This document shows, piece by piece, positions 21,401 to 31,160 of a stretch of 64,000 bases of DNA. The first letter of the stretch is position 1. Each line of letters opens with the position of its first letter. The stretch lies in assembly GCA_026391215.1 (NCBI GenBank), contig JAPLDX010000056.1, positions 44,827-108,826 on the forward strand. The letters are read 5' to 3'. Position numbers and translations under genes: made by a program. The notes below the pieces were generated by a model, which was not told the DNA's origin, searched no databases, and saw only the letters and a list, made by a program, of their open reading frames with translations. This DNA comes from Bacteroidia bacterium. GTDB taxonomy: Bacteria > Bacteroidota > Bacteroidia > Bacteroidales > VadinHA17.

Positions 21401-24400
21401 ATTTGAATAAGAAACAATGAATGAGCCTTCGGCAGCAAAAGCTGATCCTGCAAAATTATTGTCTATCGCCTGTACGCTCCAGTAATAGGTGCCTGCCGTG
21501 AGGCTTTTTATCGTCCAGGAATTGGCTTGAGCGGCCCCTCTCTGAACTATTCTCCTGTATCCTCCAGGCAGTGCTGCCATAGGAGACTTCCTGTTCACTG
21601 AGCCTGCAATGGTTCCAATATAAACATTATATGTGAGCCCGCTCTGTGCGGTTTTTGTGTCAGTTGATTTATTCCAGCTCAATGTTACTTTGTTTGCTCC
21701 AAGGCTTGCCTGCAGGTTCGTGGGCGCTGCAGGAACAGTATTTGCGGCAGATGTGTTATTCTTGTATACTTTCGTTACACTACCTGTAGAAATTAAATAA
21801 CCTGTAAGTAATACATCAAGATCTCCGTCATTGTCATAATCACCAAGGGTAACAGAAGAGTTATATACTGTTGCCAGTGAGTATCCTGTCAAAGTATTCG
21901 TAATATCAATTGTTGTATCACCGTCATTACGGTAAAACTTAGTAATATAAGAATCTAAGTTATCGTCCCAGCCGTTCAAAATAATATCCAGGTCCCCATC
22001 ATTATCAAGGTCACCCCAGGCTGCAGTGCTCTCATAAATCCCGATCAATCCAGCATTCATATCTGTAAAGACACCTGCATTATTCCTATAGATTTTTGAT
22101 ATGCCGCCTCCGGTAAGCAGGATATCGAGGTCACCATCGCTGTCATAATCTCCCCAGACCGCAGAACAATTGGTCACACCTGTCAAACCGGCATTGATAT
22201 TGGTGAAAATGCCATTGTCATTCCGATAAACCAGTGAATTCCAGCTGCCAACTAACAGGATATCCAGGTCGCCATCATTATCATAATCACCCCAGGCTGC
22301 AACTGAACCGCCGCCTGTTCCGGCTAAACCTCCATTGATATCTGTGAAAATTCCGGCATCGTTCCTGTAGATTCTCGAAATATCAGTTGATCCGTCATAG
22401 CCTGTTAATAAAATATCCAGGTCACCGTCATTATCATAATCGCCCCAGACAGCTGAACCATCCCAGATTCCGGTTAAACCTGCAGCTATATCTGTGAAAG
22501 TGCCGGCATCGTTCCTGTAGATTCTTGAAATGCCATTTGATCCTACATAACCCGTCAATAAAATATCCAGGTCACCGTCGTTATCATAATCACCCCATGC
22601 AGCAGAGCTCCTGTATACTCCGGTTAAACCGGCACTAATATCATTATAAACGCCAAGATCATTCCTGTAGATTTTTGATATCGCTCCTGAGCCTGAGTTT
22701 CCTGTAAGTAATATATCCAGGTCTCCGTCGTTATCATAATCAGCATACGCGACCGAACCTAAATCCACCCCGGTCAAAGCGATACCTGTTTGTTCTGCAA
22801 AGGCAGGAACACTTATTTTCACCTCATTGGAAGCATATTCAATCGCATTCTTTATTGAAGCACAAACCACATAGTAGGTCCCGAATGCCGCAAAATTAGG
22901 TGTGTAGGTCGTTCCTGTGGCCCCTGAAATTGACTGATCATAAGGACCTCCGCTAACAGTCGAATATTTCCACTGCCGCGATGTCGGTGTGCTTGACTCA
23001 GTGACTGTCAGTACAGTGCCGTTCTGATTTACTCCTAAAACCTGGTCGGCTACCGGAGCAATAGAATTCGAGAAGGCAACCGTAAATGTCCCTTCAGTTG
23101 CAAAGGCTGATCCCGCAAAATTATTGTCTATTGCCTGTACGCTCCAGTAATAAGTGCCTGCGGAGAGCCTGTTAATAGTCCAGGAATTGGTTTGAGTAGC
23201 CCCGCTCCGGACAATTCTCCTGTATCCGTCAGGCAGAGCTGCCATTGGAGATTTTTTGTTTACTGTGCCTGCAGTAGTTCCTATATAAAGATTATAAGTG
23301 AGCCCGTTCTGCGCAGTTTTTGTGTCTGTTGATTTGTTCCAGGAGAGCGTAACCTTGTTCGCTCCAAGACTTGCCTGAAGATTCGTGGGTGCTGCCGGAA
23401 CGGTATTTGCCGGTGATGTGTTATTCTTGTATACCTTTGAAACACGTCCGTAAGAGCTTAAATAACCGGCCAGCAAAACATCCAGATCCCCGTCGTTGTC
23501 ATAATCGCCAAGGGCCACAGAAGAGTTGTATACTGCTGCCAGTGAGTATCCTGTTAAAGTATTTGTGATATCAATGATTGTGTCAGTGGCATTACGGTAA
23601 AACTTAGTAATATAAGAACTTAATGTATTGTTATAGCCGTTTAATATAATATCAAGGTCTCCGTCATTATCAAGGTCGCCCCAGACCGCAGTGCTCTCAC
23701 TTACCCCGGTCAGGCCAGCATTGATTTCGGTGAAAATCCCTGCATTGTTGTTATAGACTTTTGATATGCCGCTTCCGGTAATCAGGATATCGAGGTCTCC
23801 ATCGCTGTCATAATCGCCCCATGCAGCAGAACCATCCGAGATCCCGGTTAAATCGGCAGTAATATCTGTGAAAATTCCTGCATCATTCCTATAGATTTTT
23901 GAAACGGAAATTGACCCGTTATAACCTGCTAATAAGATATCCAGGTCTCCATCATTATCATAATCACCCAATGCTACCGAACTTGAGCTGACTCCGGTTA
24001 AACCGGCATTGATATCTGTAAAAGTGCCTGCATCGTTCCTGTAAATCTTTGAAATATAATAGTCACCAGAATTCCAATAGTAACCTGTCAATAATATATC
24101 CAGGTCTCCATCATTATCATAGTCACCCCATGCGGCAGAACTCTCTACAACTCCTATCAAACCTGCGTTAATATCATTATAAACGCCTAGATCATTCCTG
24201 TAAACCCTTGATAAAAAGTCCGAATTCGAGTATCCGGTCAGCAAAATATCCAGGTCACCGTCACTGTCATAATCACCCCATACTACCGAACAATCATCTA
24301 ATCCTGGTAAAGTGATCCCTGTCTGTTCTGCAAAGGCAGGAACACTTATTTTCACCTCATTGGAAGCATATTCAATCGCATTCTTTATTGAAGCACAAAC

Positions 24401-27400
24401 TACATAGTAGGTCCCGAATGCTGCAAAATTAGGCGTATAGGTTGTCGCTGTGGCCCCTGAAATTGTCTGATCATAAGGACCTCCGCTTATTGTTGAATAC
24501 TTCCACTGCCTCGATGTCGGTGTGCTTGACTCGGTGACTGTCAGTACAGTGCCGTTCTGATTTACTCCTAAAACCTGATCGGCTACCGGAGCAATGGAAT
24601 TCGAGAAGGCAACTGTAAATGAGCCTTCAGTTGCAAAGGTTGATCCCGCAAAATTGTTGTCTAGCGCCTGTACACTCCAGTAATATGTACCAGCTGTAAG
24701 CTTTTTTATTGTCCAGGAATTGGTTTGAGTACCTCTCTGAACGATTCTCCGATATCCTCCGGGCAGGGCTGCCATGGGAGATTTTTTGTTCACCGAGCCT
24801 GCAGTGGTTCCTATATATACATTATAGGTGAGAGCATTCTGCGTGGTTTTTGTATCGGTCGATTTGTTCCAGCTTAATGTTACTTTGTTTGCTCCAAGAC
24901 TTGCCTGGAGATTTGTGGGTGCTGTCGGAACGGTATTCGCCGGTGATGTGTTATTCTTGTACACCTTTGAAACACGCCCGGAAGAGCTTAGGTAACCGGC
25001 CAGTAAAACATCCAGATCCCCGTCATTGTCATAATCTCCCAGGGCCACAGAAGATGAGTACACTGCTGCGAGGGAGTATCCTGTCAGGGCATTAGTGATA
25101 TCAATAGTCGTGTCTGTGTCATTACGGTAGATTTTTGCTATATAAGAACCTAAGATGTCGTCCCAACCGTTTAAAATAATATCAAGATCACCGTCATTAT
25201 CAAGGTCACCCCAGACAGAACTGCCATTATATATCCCTGGCAAATCTGCATTGATTTCGGTGAAAACGCCTGCGTTGTTTTTATAGATTTTTGATATTCC
25301 ACCTCCGGTAATCAGGATATCTAGGTCACCATCGCTGTCATAATCTCCCCAGGCAGCAGAGCCACCTGATATTCCCTGTAAACCTGCATTAATATCAGAA
25401 AAAATGCCATTGTCATTCCTGTATATTATTGAATTCCAGCTGCCCGTTAACAGGATATCCAGGTCGCTGTCATTGTCATAATCACCCCATACAACAGAAC
25501 TGCCGCTGACTCCGGATAAACCTGCATTGATATCTGTGAAAACTCCTGCATCGTTCCTGTAGATTTTTGAAACAGAATTTGATCCGTCATAACCCGTTAA
25601 TAAAATATCCAGGTCACCATCATTATCATAATCACCCCAGGCTACTGAACCTTCATAAACTCCGGTCAAACCTGCATTAATATCTGTAAAAGTGCCTGCA
25701 TCGTTCCTGTAAATCTTCGATATATAATTCAAGCCAGAGCTATAGTATCCACCTGTCAATAATAAATCCAGGTCGCCATCATTATCGTAATCACCCCATG
25801 CAGCAGCACTCCATTCAACTCCTGTTAAACCTGCGTTAATATCATTATAAACGCCGAGATCATTCCTGTAAATCCTGGAAATATATCCCGAATTCGAGTA
25901 TCCTGTCAGTAAAATATCCAGGTCGCCATCGTAATCATAATCACCCCATACTACCGAACAATTATCTACACCTGTTAAAGCGATCCCTTTCTGTTCTGCA
26001 AAGGCAGAAACACTTATTTTCACCTCATTGGTCGCATAATCAATCGCATTTTTTGACGATACACAAACCACATAGTAGGTACCGAATGCAGAGAAATTAG
26101 GCGTATAGGTTGTTGCTGTGGCTCCTGAAATTGACTGATCATAAGGGCCTCCGCTTACTGTCGAATACTTCCACTGCCTCGATGTCGGTGTGCTTGACTC
26201 AGTAACTGTCAGTAAAGCGCCGTTCTGATTTATTCCTAAAACCTGATCTGCCTCAGGAGCAATGGAATTTGTGAAGGCAATCGTAAATGAGCCTTCAGTT
26301 GCAAAGGCTGATCCTGAAAAATTGTTGTCTATCGCCTGTACGCTCCAGTAATATGTGGCTGCTGTAAGCTTTTTTATTGCCCATGAATTGTTTTGAGTAC
26401 CTCTTTGGACTATTCTCCTGTATCCTCCGGGAAGGGCTGCCATTGGGGATTTTTTGTTCACCGAGCCTGCAGTTGTTCCTATATATACATTATAGGTGAG
26501 TCCGTCCTGTGCGGTTTTTGAGTCTGTTGATTTGGTCCAGCTTAATGTCACCTTGTTCGATCCAAGACTTGCCTGGAGATTCGATGGAACCGCTGGAACA
26601 ACATTTGCGGTCAGAGAATTATTTTTATAGATCTTCGAAATATAACCTGAAGAGCCACTACCGGTCAGTATTATGTCAAGATCGCCGTCGTTATCATAAT
26701 CGCCCCAGGCTGCTGAGCTGTTAGAAGCTCCTTCAATCGGTTCCTCAATATCAGTAAAAACACCGCTGTCATTCCGGAATATTTTGGAATAACCGGCACC
26801 TGTCAGCAGAATATCCAGGTCACCATCATTATCATAGTCGCCCCAGGTTGCAGAACCATAGTTTATTTCAGCTAAACCTGCATCTATTCCGGTGAAGACT
26901 CCTGCATTGTTGTTATAGATCTTTGATACGCCGCTTCCGGTAAGCAGGATATCGAGGTCACCATCGCTATCATAATCTCCCCAGGCAGCAGAACCACCGT
27001 ATGTTCCTTCCAACCCTGCATTAATATCGGTGAAAATGCCATTGTCGTTCCGGTATATTTTTGAATTCCAGCCGCCTACTAACAGGATATCCAGGTCACC
27101 ATCGTTATCATAATCGCCCCATGTAACAGAACCATAACTGACTCCGGTTAAACCAGCATTGATATCGGTAAAAACGCCTGCATCGTTCCTGTAAACCTTT
27201 GAAATAATATGCCATTCAGTGTCATAATATTCACCAGTTAATAATATATCCAGATCACCGTCGTTGTCATAATCGCCCCAGGCTACTGAACTGCCGTTAA
27301 CTCCGGTCAAACCTGCACTGATATCCGTGAAAACACCTGCATCGTTCCTGTATATTATTGAAACATAATTTGATCCGCTATGGCCTGATAATAAAATATC

Positions 27401-30400
27401 CAGGTCGCCATCATTATCATAGTCGCCCCATGCGACAGAACTCCTGTACACTCCTGTTAAGCCAACACTGTCATCCGTGAAAACACCTGCATCGTTCCGG
27501 TATATTTTTGAGCTGTAACCTGATCCGTTATCACCAGCCAATAAAATATCCAGATCACCGTCGCTGTCATAATCACCCCAGGCTACAGAGCCTCTATTAA
27601 TTCCCGTTAAACTTATCCCTGAGGGTTCAACAAAGGCAGGAACACTTATTTTCACTTCATTGGTCGTATATTCAATTGCACTTTTTGTAGCCACACATAC
27701 TACATAGTAATTCCCAAATACTGAAAAATTAGGCGTGTAGGTTGTCCCTGTGGCCCCTGCAATTGTCTGATTATAGGGACCGCCGCTCACAGTGGAATAT
27801 TTCCATTGTCTCGATGCAGGGGTGCTTGATTCAGTCACTGTAAGTACAGAGCCGTTTTGATTTAGCTTCAATATCTGAGCCGTATCAGGAGAAATGGAAT
27901 TCGAGAAGACAACAGTAAATGAGCCCTCAGTTGCAAAAGCCGATCCTGCAAAATTATGGTCTATTGCCTGTACACTCCAGTAATATGTTCCTGCTGCAAG
28001 CTTTTTTGGCATCCAATTATTTCCCTGGATCAATCCTCTCTGGACAATTCTCCTGTATCCACCTGGCAGGGCTGCCATGGGAGATTTTTTGTTAATTGTT
28101 CCGGCAGCAGCGCCAATATAAAGATTATACGAAAGACCATCCTGGGGTGTTTGTATATCTGTTGTTTTGCTCCACGAAAGTGTTACTCCGCTTCCTGTAA
28201 CATTTGCAGCCAGGCCTGAAGGCTTAACAGGAGCGGTATTCAGTACAGAATTATTGTTTTTGTATATTTTTGATACAGGCCCTTCACCTGAGGTACCTGT
28301 TAGTAAAATATCCAGATCACCATCGTTATCGTAATCACCCCAGGCCGATGAACCTGTCTGAACCTTTTCTAAATACGAAAAAACCTCTGTAAAGACGTTA
28401 TTGTTGTTCTGTATGATTTTAGATATTAATCCGTCGTAGGTAGTACCGGTCACTAAAAAATCCAGGTCGCCGTCGTTGTCATAATCGCCCCAGTCTACTG
28501 AACCCTGATAAAAGTTAGGTAAGGAGTAATCTATTGAAGAAAAAGCCCCGGCATTATTGTTGAATATTCTCAAATTATAAACAGTTGACCATAAAACATC
28601 GAGATCACCGTCATTATCATAATCGCCCCAGGCAACTGAAGCGGCTGGATTGTTGTAGAATCCCGGATTAATACCGGTAAAAGAACCATTATCGTTCCTG
28701 TATATTCGTGAAAATCCATTAATTGCATCATTGTAACCAGCAAGCAAGATGTCAAGGTCGCCGTCATTATCATAATCGCCCCAGTCAACTGAACTTTCCC
28801 TTGCCCCGATCAGGCCGGCATTAATATCTGTAAAAATCCCCGCATCATTCCTGTATATTTGTGAGATACATAAGTTACTGGCATTATAGCCGGTCAACAG
28901 AATATCGAGGTCGCCGTCATTATCATAATCAGCCCATGCAACTGAGCCAATGTGCACTCCAGGTAAATAAACACTGATATTCTTAGTGAATGTACTATCG
29001 CCATTATTGTCCCAGATTTCAGAAACCGGACCAGCGTCTGAATAACCAGTTAATAAAATATCCAGGTACCCGTCATTATTATAATCACCCCATGCCACTG
29101 AACTTTCATCGACCCCTGGCATTAAAGTTCCTGCCAGCTCTGTAAATTTATTGCTGCCACCGTTCTTATAGATCTTGGAAACCCTGATGCCGGAACCTGT
29201 CCTGCCCGTCAATAAAATATCCTGATCCCCATCATTATCATAATCACCCCAGGCAACAGAACTATTATAGACACCTGTTAAGCTTATCCCTGTCTGTTCA
29301 ATAAAGTTTGTAACAATTATTTTTACCTGGTTGCTGGTATATGCCGTTCCACCAAATATCGATTCACATACAATATAATAAATGCCATCGGCCGGGAAGG
29401 ATGTAATACATGTGGTTCCGGTAGCACCTGCAATCGCCTGAGTGTATGGGCCACCGCTTACGGTTGAGTATTTCCACTGGCGCGAAGTGGGAGTGCTTGA
29501 TTCCGTCACAGTTAATGTCGCGCAGTTTTGATTTTTTAATATAGCCTGTTCACCAGTCGGAATAATTGAATTTGAAAAGGGAATCGTAAAAGTGCCTTCA
29601 GCAGCAAAAGCTGAACCGGCAAAACCGTAGTCGATAGCCTGTACACTCCAGTAGTACGTGGCTGCCGGCAATTTCTTCACGAAATATGTATTGGACTGAA
29701 TATTTCCCCTCCGGACTATTTTTCTGTATCCGCCCGGTACAACTGCCATTGGTGAACATTTGTTCACTGTACCAGTAGCGGTGCCTATATAGATGTTGTA
29801 CGAGAGACCGTCCTGCGATGTTTGAGTATCAGTTGATTTGCTCCATGTAAGAGTTGCTTTGCCACCCGTTACACTTGAACCAAGCCCTGAAGGTGATGCA
29901 GGAAAGGTATTTGCAACAGCACTGTTATTTTTATAGATCTTCGAATAACCACTGCCGGTCAGTAAAATATCAAGGTCGTTATCCTTGTCATAATCCCCCC
30001 ATGCAACGGAGCTGTAAGAAACACCGGTTAATCCTGCGCTGATATCGGTAAAAGTACCTGCATTGTTGTTGTAAACCTTAGAAATATCAGCAGAACCGGA
30101 ATATCCTGTAAGCAGAATATCCAGGTCGCCGTCGTTATCATAATCACCCCAGGCAGCAGAGCTATATCGTACTCCGGTTAAACCTGCATTAATATCCGTG
30201 AATGTGCCGCTGCTGTTATTGTATATCCTTGCATTATATCCGGAATCCCAGTTATACCCTGCCAACAGAATATCGAGATCGCCATCTTCATCATAATCGC
30301 CCCATGAAGCAGAACTGTAGGTTACACCCTCTAATCCGGCATTAATATCAGTGAAAATGCCACTGTCATTACGGTATATTTTTGCAATCGGGCCATCCAT

Positions 30401-31018
30401 AAAAGAATAACCAGTCAGAAGAATATCCAGGTCACCGTCATTATCATAATCACCCCATGCTACTGAACTGTTATCAACTCCTGTTAAACCGGCCTCAATA
30501 TCAGTAAAGATACCATTGTCGTTGCGATAAACCATTGATATATAAGTACCCTGAAGGCTGCCAGTAAGCAATATATCAAGGTCCCCATCATTGTCGTAAT
30601 CTCCCCATGCAACTGAACCGTAATTGACTCCAGCTAACCCCGCATTTATATCGGCAAACGTTCCGGCATCGTTCCTGTAAATTTTCGAAGTGTTGCTTCC
30701 TGTCAGTAAAATATCCAGGTCGCCGTCATTATCATAATCACCCCATGCTGCAGAACTGAAAGAAACTCCTGTTAAGCCGGGAGCTGCTATAGCGCTGAAG
30801 GCTCCTGCTGTATTCTGGTAGATTAAAGCATTCCCGCTTCCCGTCAAAAGAATATCAGGATCCCCATCATTGTCATAATCGCCCCAGGCCACTGAGCCTC
30901 TTGAGATCCCTGTTAATATAATTGGCTGCTCGGTAAATGCCTGGCTGAAAAGATCAGGCGCCGCAAGGCAAAACAATAATAATCCCAGACAGGTGAATCG
31001 GAGTAAAGGAGTTCTCAT
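18449..31018 (-). CDS. Giant (4189 aa) T9SS-secreted FG-GAP/VCBS-repeat protein
   Basis: Signal peptide. I count 48 copies of the W-G-D-Y-D-N-D-G-D-L-D-I-L-L-T-G calcium-binding blade motif in seven modules (7,7,7,7,6,7,7). After each of the first six modules come an FN3-like domain (LSWSKSTD...YYWSVQAID) and an Ig-like domain (SRQWKYSTVSGGPY). Three further FN3 domains and a type-A CTD (YVYPNPASKNITL) close the protein. Confidence 0.9.
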   Translation of the reverse strand: MRTPLLRFTCLGLLLFCLAAPDLFSQAFTEQPIILTGISRGSVAWGDYDNDGDPDILLTGSGNALIYQNTAGAFSAIAAPGLTGVSFSSAAWGDYDNDGDLDILLTGSNTSKIYRNDAGTFADINAGLAGVNYGSVAWGDYDNDGDLDILLTGSLQGTYISMVYRNDNGIFTDIEAGLTGVDNSSVAWGDYDNDGDLDILLTGYSFMDGPIAKIYRNDSGIFTDINAGLEGVTYSSASWGDYDEDGDLDILLAGYNWDSGYNARIYNNSSGTFTDINAGLTGVRYSSAAWGDYDNDGDLDILLTGYSGSADISKVYNNNAGTFTDISAGLTGVSYSSVAWGDYDKDNDLDILLTGSGYSKIYKNNSAVANTFPASPSGLGSSVTGGKATLTWSKSTDTQTSQDGLSYNIYIGTATGTVNKCSPMAVVPGGYRKIVRRGNIQSNTYFVKKLPAATYYWSVQAIDYGFAGSAFAAEGTFTIPFSNSIIPTGEQAILKNQNCATLTVTESSTPTSRQWKYSTVSGGPYTQAIAGATGTTCITSFPADGIYYIVCESIFGGTAYTSNQVKIIVTNFIEQTGISLTGVYNSSVAWGDYDNDGDQDILLTGRTGSGIRVSKIYKNGGSNKFTELAGTLMPGVDESSVAWGDYNNDGYLDILLTGYSDAGPVSEIWDNNGDSTFTKNISVYLPGVHIGSVAWADYDNDGDLDILLTGYNASNLCISQIYRNDAGIFTDINAGLIGARESSVDWGDYDNDGDLDILLAGYNDAINGFSRIYRNDNGSFTGINPGFYNNPAASVAWGDYDNDGDLDVLWSTVYNLRIFNNNAGAFSSIDYSLPNFYQGSVDWGDYDNDGDLDFLVTGTTYDGLISKIIQNNNNVFTEVFSYLEKVQTGSSAWGDYDNDGDLDILLTGTSGEGPVSKIYKNNNSVLNTAPVKPSGLAANVTGSGVTLSWSKTTDIQTPQDGLSYNLYIGAAAGTINKKSPMAALPGGYRRIVQRGLIQGNNWMPKKLAAGTYYWSVQAIDHNFAGSAFATEGSFTVVFSNSISPDTAQILKLNQNGSVLTVTESSTPASRQWKYSTVSGGPYNQTIAGATGTTYTPNFSVFGNYYVVCVATKSAIEYTTNEVKISVPAFVEPSGISLTGINRGSVAWGDYDSDGDLDILLAGDNGSGYSSKIYRNDAGVFTDDSVGLTGVYRSSVAWGDYDNDGDLDILLSGHSGSNYVSIIYRNDAGVFTDISAGLTGVNGSSVAWGDYDNDGDLDILLTGEYYDTEWHIISKVYRNDAGVFTDINAGLTGVSYGSVTWGDYDNDGDLDILLVGGWNSKIYRNDNGIFTDINAGLEGTYGGSAAWGDYDSDGDLDILLTGSGVSKIYNNNAGVFTGIDAGLAEINYGSATWGDYDNDGDLDILLTGAGYSKIFRNDSGVFTDIEEPIEGASNSSAAWGDYDNDGDLDIILTGSGSSGYISKIYKNNSLTANVVPAVPSNLQASLGSNKVTLSWTKSTDSKTAQDGLTYNVYIGTTAGSVNKKSPMAALPGGYRRIVQRGTQNNSWAIKKLTAATYYWSVQAIDNNFSGSAFATEGSFTIAFTNSIAPEADQVLGINQNGALLTVTESSTPTSRQWKYSTVSGGPYDQSISGATATTYTPNFSAFGTYYVVCVSSKNAIDYATNEVKISVSAFAEQKGIALTGVDNCSVVWGDYDYDGDLDILLTGYSNSGYISRIYRNDLGVYNDINAGLTGVEWSAAAWGDYDNDGDLDLLLTGGYYSSGLNYISKIYRNDAGTFTDINAGLTGVYEGSVAWGDYDNDGDLDILLTGYDGSNSVSKIYRNDAGVFTDINAGLSGVSGSSVVWGDYDNDSDLDILLTGSWNSIIYRNDNGIFSDINAGLQGISGGSAAWGDYDSDGDLDILITGGGISKIYKNNAGVFTEINADLPGIYNGSSVWGDLDNDGDLDIILNGWDDILGSYIAKIYRNDTDTTIDITNALTGYSLAAVYSSSVALGDYDNDGDLDVLLAGYLSSSGRVSKVYKNNTSPANTVPTAPTNLQASLGANKVTLSWNKSTDTKTTQNALTYNVYIGTTAGSVNKKSPMAALPGGYRRIVQRGTQTNSWTIKKLTAGTYYWSVQALDNNFAGSTFATEGSFTVAFSNSIAPVADQVLGVNQNGTVLTVTESSTPTSRQWKYSTISGGPYDQTISGATATTYTPNFAAFGTYYVVCASIKNAIEYASNEVKISVPAFAEQTGITLPGLDDCSVVWGDYDSDGDLDILLTGYSNSDFLSRVYRNDLGVYNDINAGLIGVVESSAAWGDYDNDGDLDILLTGYYWNSGDYYISKIYRNDAGTFTDINAGLTGVSSSSVALGDYDNDGDLDILLAGYNGSISVSKIYRNDAGIFTDITADLTGISDGSAAWGDYDSDGDLDILITGSGISKVYNNNAGIFTEINAGLTGVSESTAVWGDLDNDGDLDIILNGYNNTLSSYITKFYRNATDTIIDITNTLTGYSLAAVYNSSVALGDYDNDGDLDVLLAGYLSSYGRVSKVYKNNTSPANTVPAAPTNLQASLGANKVTLSWNKSTDTKTAQNGLTYNLYIGTTAGTVNKKSPMAALPDGYRRIVRSGATQTNSWTINRLSAGTYYWSVQAIDNNFAGSAFATEGTFTVAFSNSIAPVADQVLGVNQNGTVLTVTESSTPTSRQWKYSTVSGGPYDQSISGATGTTYTPNFAAFGTYYVVCASIKNAIEYASNEVKISVPAFAEQTGIALTGVDLGSVAYADYDNDGDLDILLTGNSGSGAISKIYRNDLGVYNDISAGLTGVYRSSAAWGDYDNDGDLDILLTGYVGSNGISRIYRNDAGTFTDIAAGLTGIWDGSAVWGDYDNDGDLDILLTGYDGSTDISRIYRNDAGIFTDINGGLAGTGGGSVAAWGDYDNDGDLDILLVGSWNSLVYRNDNGIFTNINAGLTGVTNCSAVWGDYDSDGDLDILLTGGGISKIYRNNAGVFTDMNAGLIGIYESTAAWGDLDNDGDLDIILNGWDDNLDSYITKFYRNDGDTTIDITNTLTGYSLATVYNSSVTLGDYDNDGDLDVLLTGYLISTGSVTKVYKNNTSAANTVPAAPTNLQASLGANKVTLSWNKSTDTKTAQSGLTYNVYIGTIAGSVNRKSPMAALPGGYRRIVQRGAAQANSWTIKSLTAGTYYWSVQAIDNNFAGSAFAAEGSFIVSYSNSISPVTDQSLLINQNGTVLTVTESSTPTSRQWKYSTVSGGPYDQTITGATGTTYTPGFSSYGTYYVVCVSTKNAIEYATNEVKISVPAFTEQTGLNLTGIYRGSVAWGDYDSDGDLDILLTGDDGSNYISKIYRNDAGVFTDIIAGLKGVYRSSVAWGDYDNDGDLDILLTGEYYNSGWFYVSNIYQNDAGVFTDKNAGLAGVYDGSVALGDYDNDGDLDILLTGYDGSNSVSKIYRNDAGVFTDITAGLTGVNASSVAWGDYDNDGDLDILLTGNSDSRIYRNDTGVFTNINAGLAGVSNSSVAWGDYDNDGDLDILLTGSGYSKIYKNDAGIFTDINAGLTGINYGSVTWGDYDNDGDLDILLTGSGYSKIYKNDAGVFTDINAGLTGINYGSVTWGDYDNDGDLDILLAGSYTSKVYKNNSIVANTVPSAPTNLLASALSVNKVSFTWNKATDSKTPQNTLTYNIRIGTAAGGSSIVGPMASVSTGFRRIPAIGNAELRSNGYTITNLAPGKYYWSVQAIDQAYAGGAWAAEGQFNLLAAPVASAATNIAETSFTSHWSASTGATGYKLDIATDSTFTTIVTGYNSKDVGNITSANVSGLTSGSIYYYRLRAYNAGGTSIVYSNVIKTITLGIPAAPVATDATSVVQTSFTANWNSSPNANSYELDVSTSNTFSSFLPGFSNIYVGNVTSYSVTGLTANTVYYYRVRASNSYGASLNSGTITVTTLMNPPATPAGLTASSCNNLVTLSWTAITDANFLRYIIFGGTSASPTTKIDSTSTISSVAKTISGLTPGVTYYFRVTAVNTVGMASSYSSEVSAKVKKGVVPKIKAKWNNVLICYNVGDSLTSWQWFKGGIAISGATKQYYVTAKSPGSYYVWATDKNGCQNPSAAINITGTKSAYVYPNPASKNITLSISGDDYGRTLIRFYNSTGVKVIELQTEKLDFKLDSEIALPGLQSGTYTIEVLVNNELFSTSKIVVIK
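20100..30950. repeat. In-frame coding super-repeats (1533-1668 nt) and 135-138-nt blade repeats inside the giant gene
   Basis: The marker TGTTCTGCAA recurs at 22791, 24324 and 25992 (periods 1533 and 1668 nt). Long stretches such as 22791-23100 and 24324-24640 are nearly identical. Confidence 0.85.
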
Positions 31019-31160
31019 AACATTAGTTTTAATGTTTCAAAGAATAAGAAATCTGATGGAATTCATATTCCTGTTTTTCTTTAACAGATATATAGTTGTT
31101 TATGATTTCCGACAATTTCCAGTTACAAGAATGATTGTTACAATTCTTACAAATGATAAA

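Noticed and set aside
19008-30042. About a dozen 60-95-aa plus-strand ORFs in the track, lying antisense to the giant gene. Similar antisense ORFs lie inside dcp, GH3, GH43, the caspases and the ATPase.
   Set aside because: Each is fully nested opposite a long ORF with strong domain evidence. Several recur only because the underlying coding repeat recurs. None has a recognisable motif, so I treat them as shadow ORFs.
20100-30950. Regular ~135-138-nt and ~1.5-kb periodicity that might suggest a CRISPR array or satellite
   Set aside because: All periods are multiples of 3 inside one continuous ORF. The repeats are degenerate at the DNA level and conserved at the protein level. There are no unique spacers and no cas genes.
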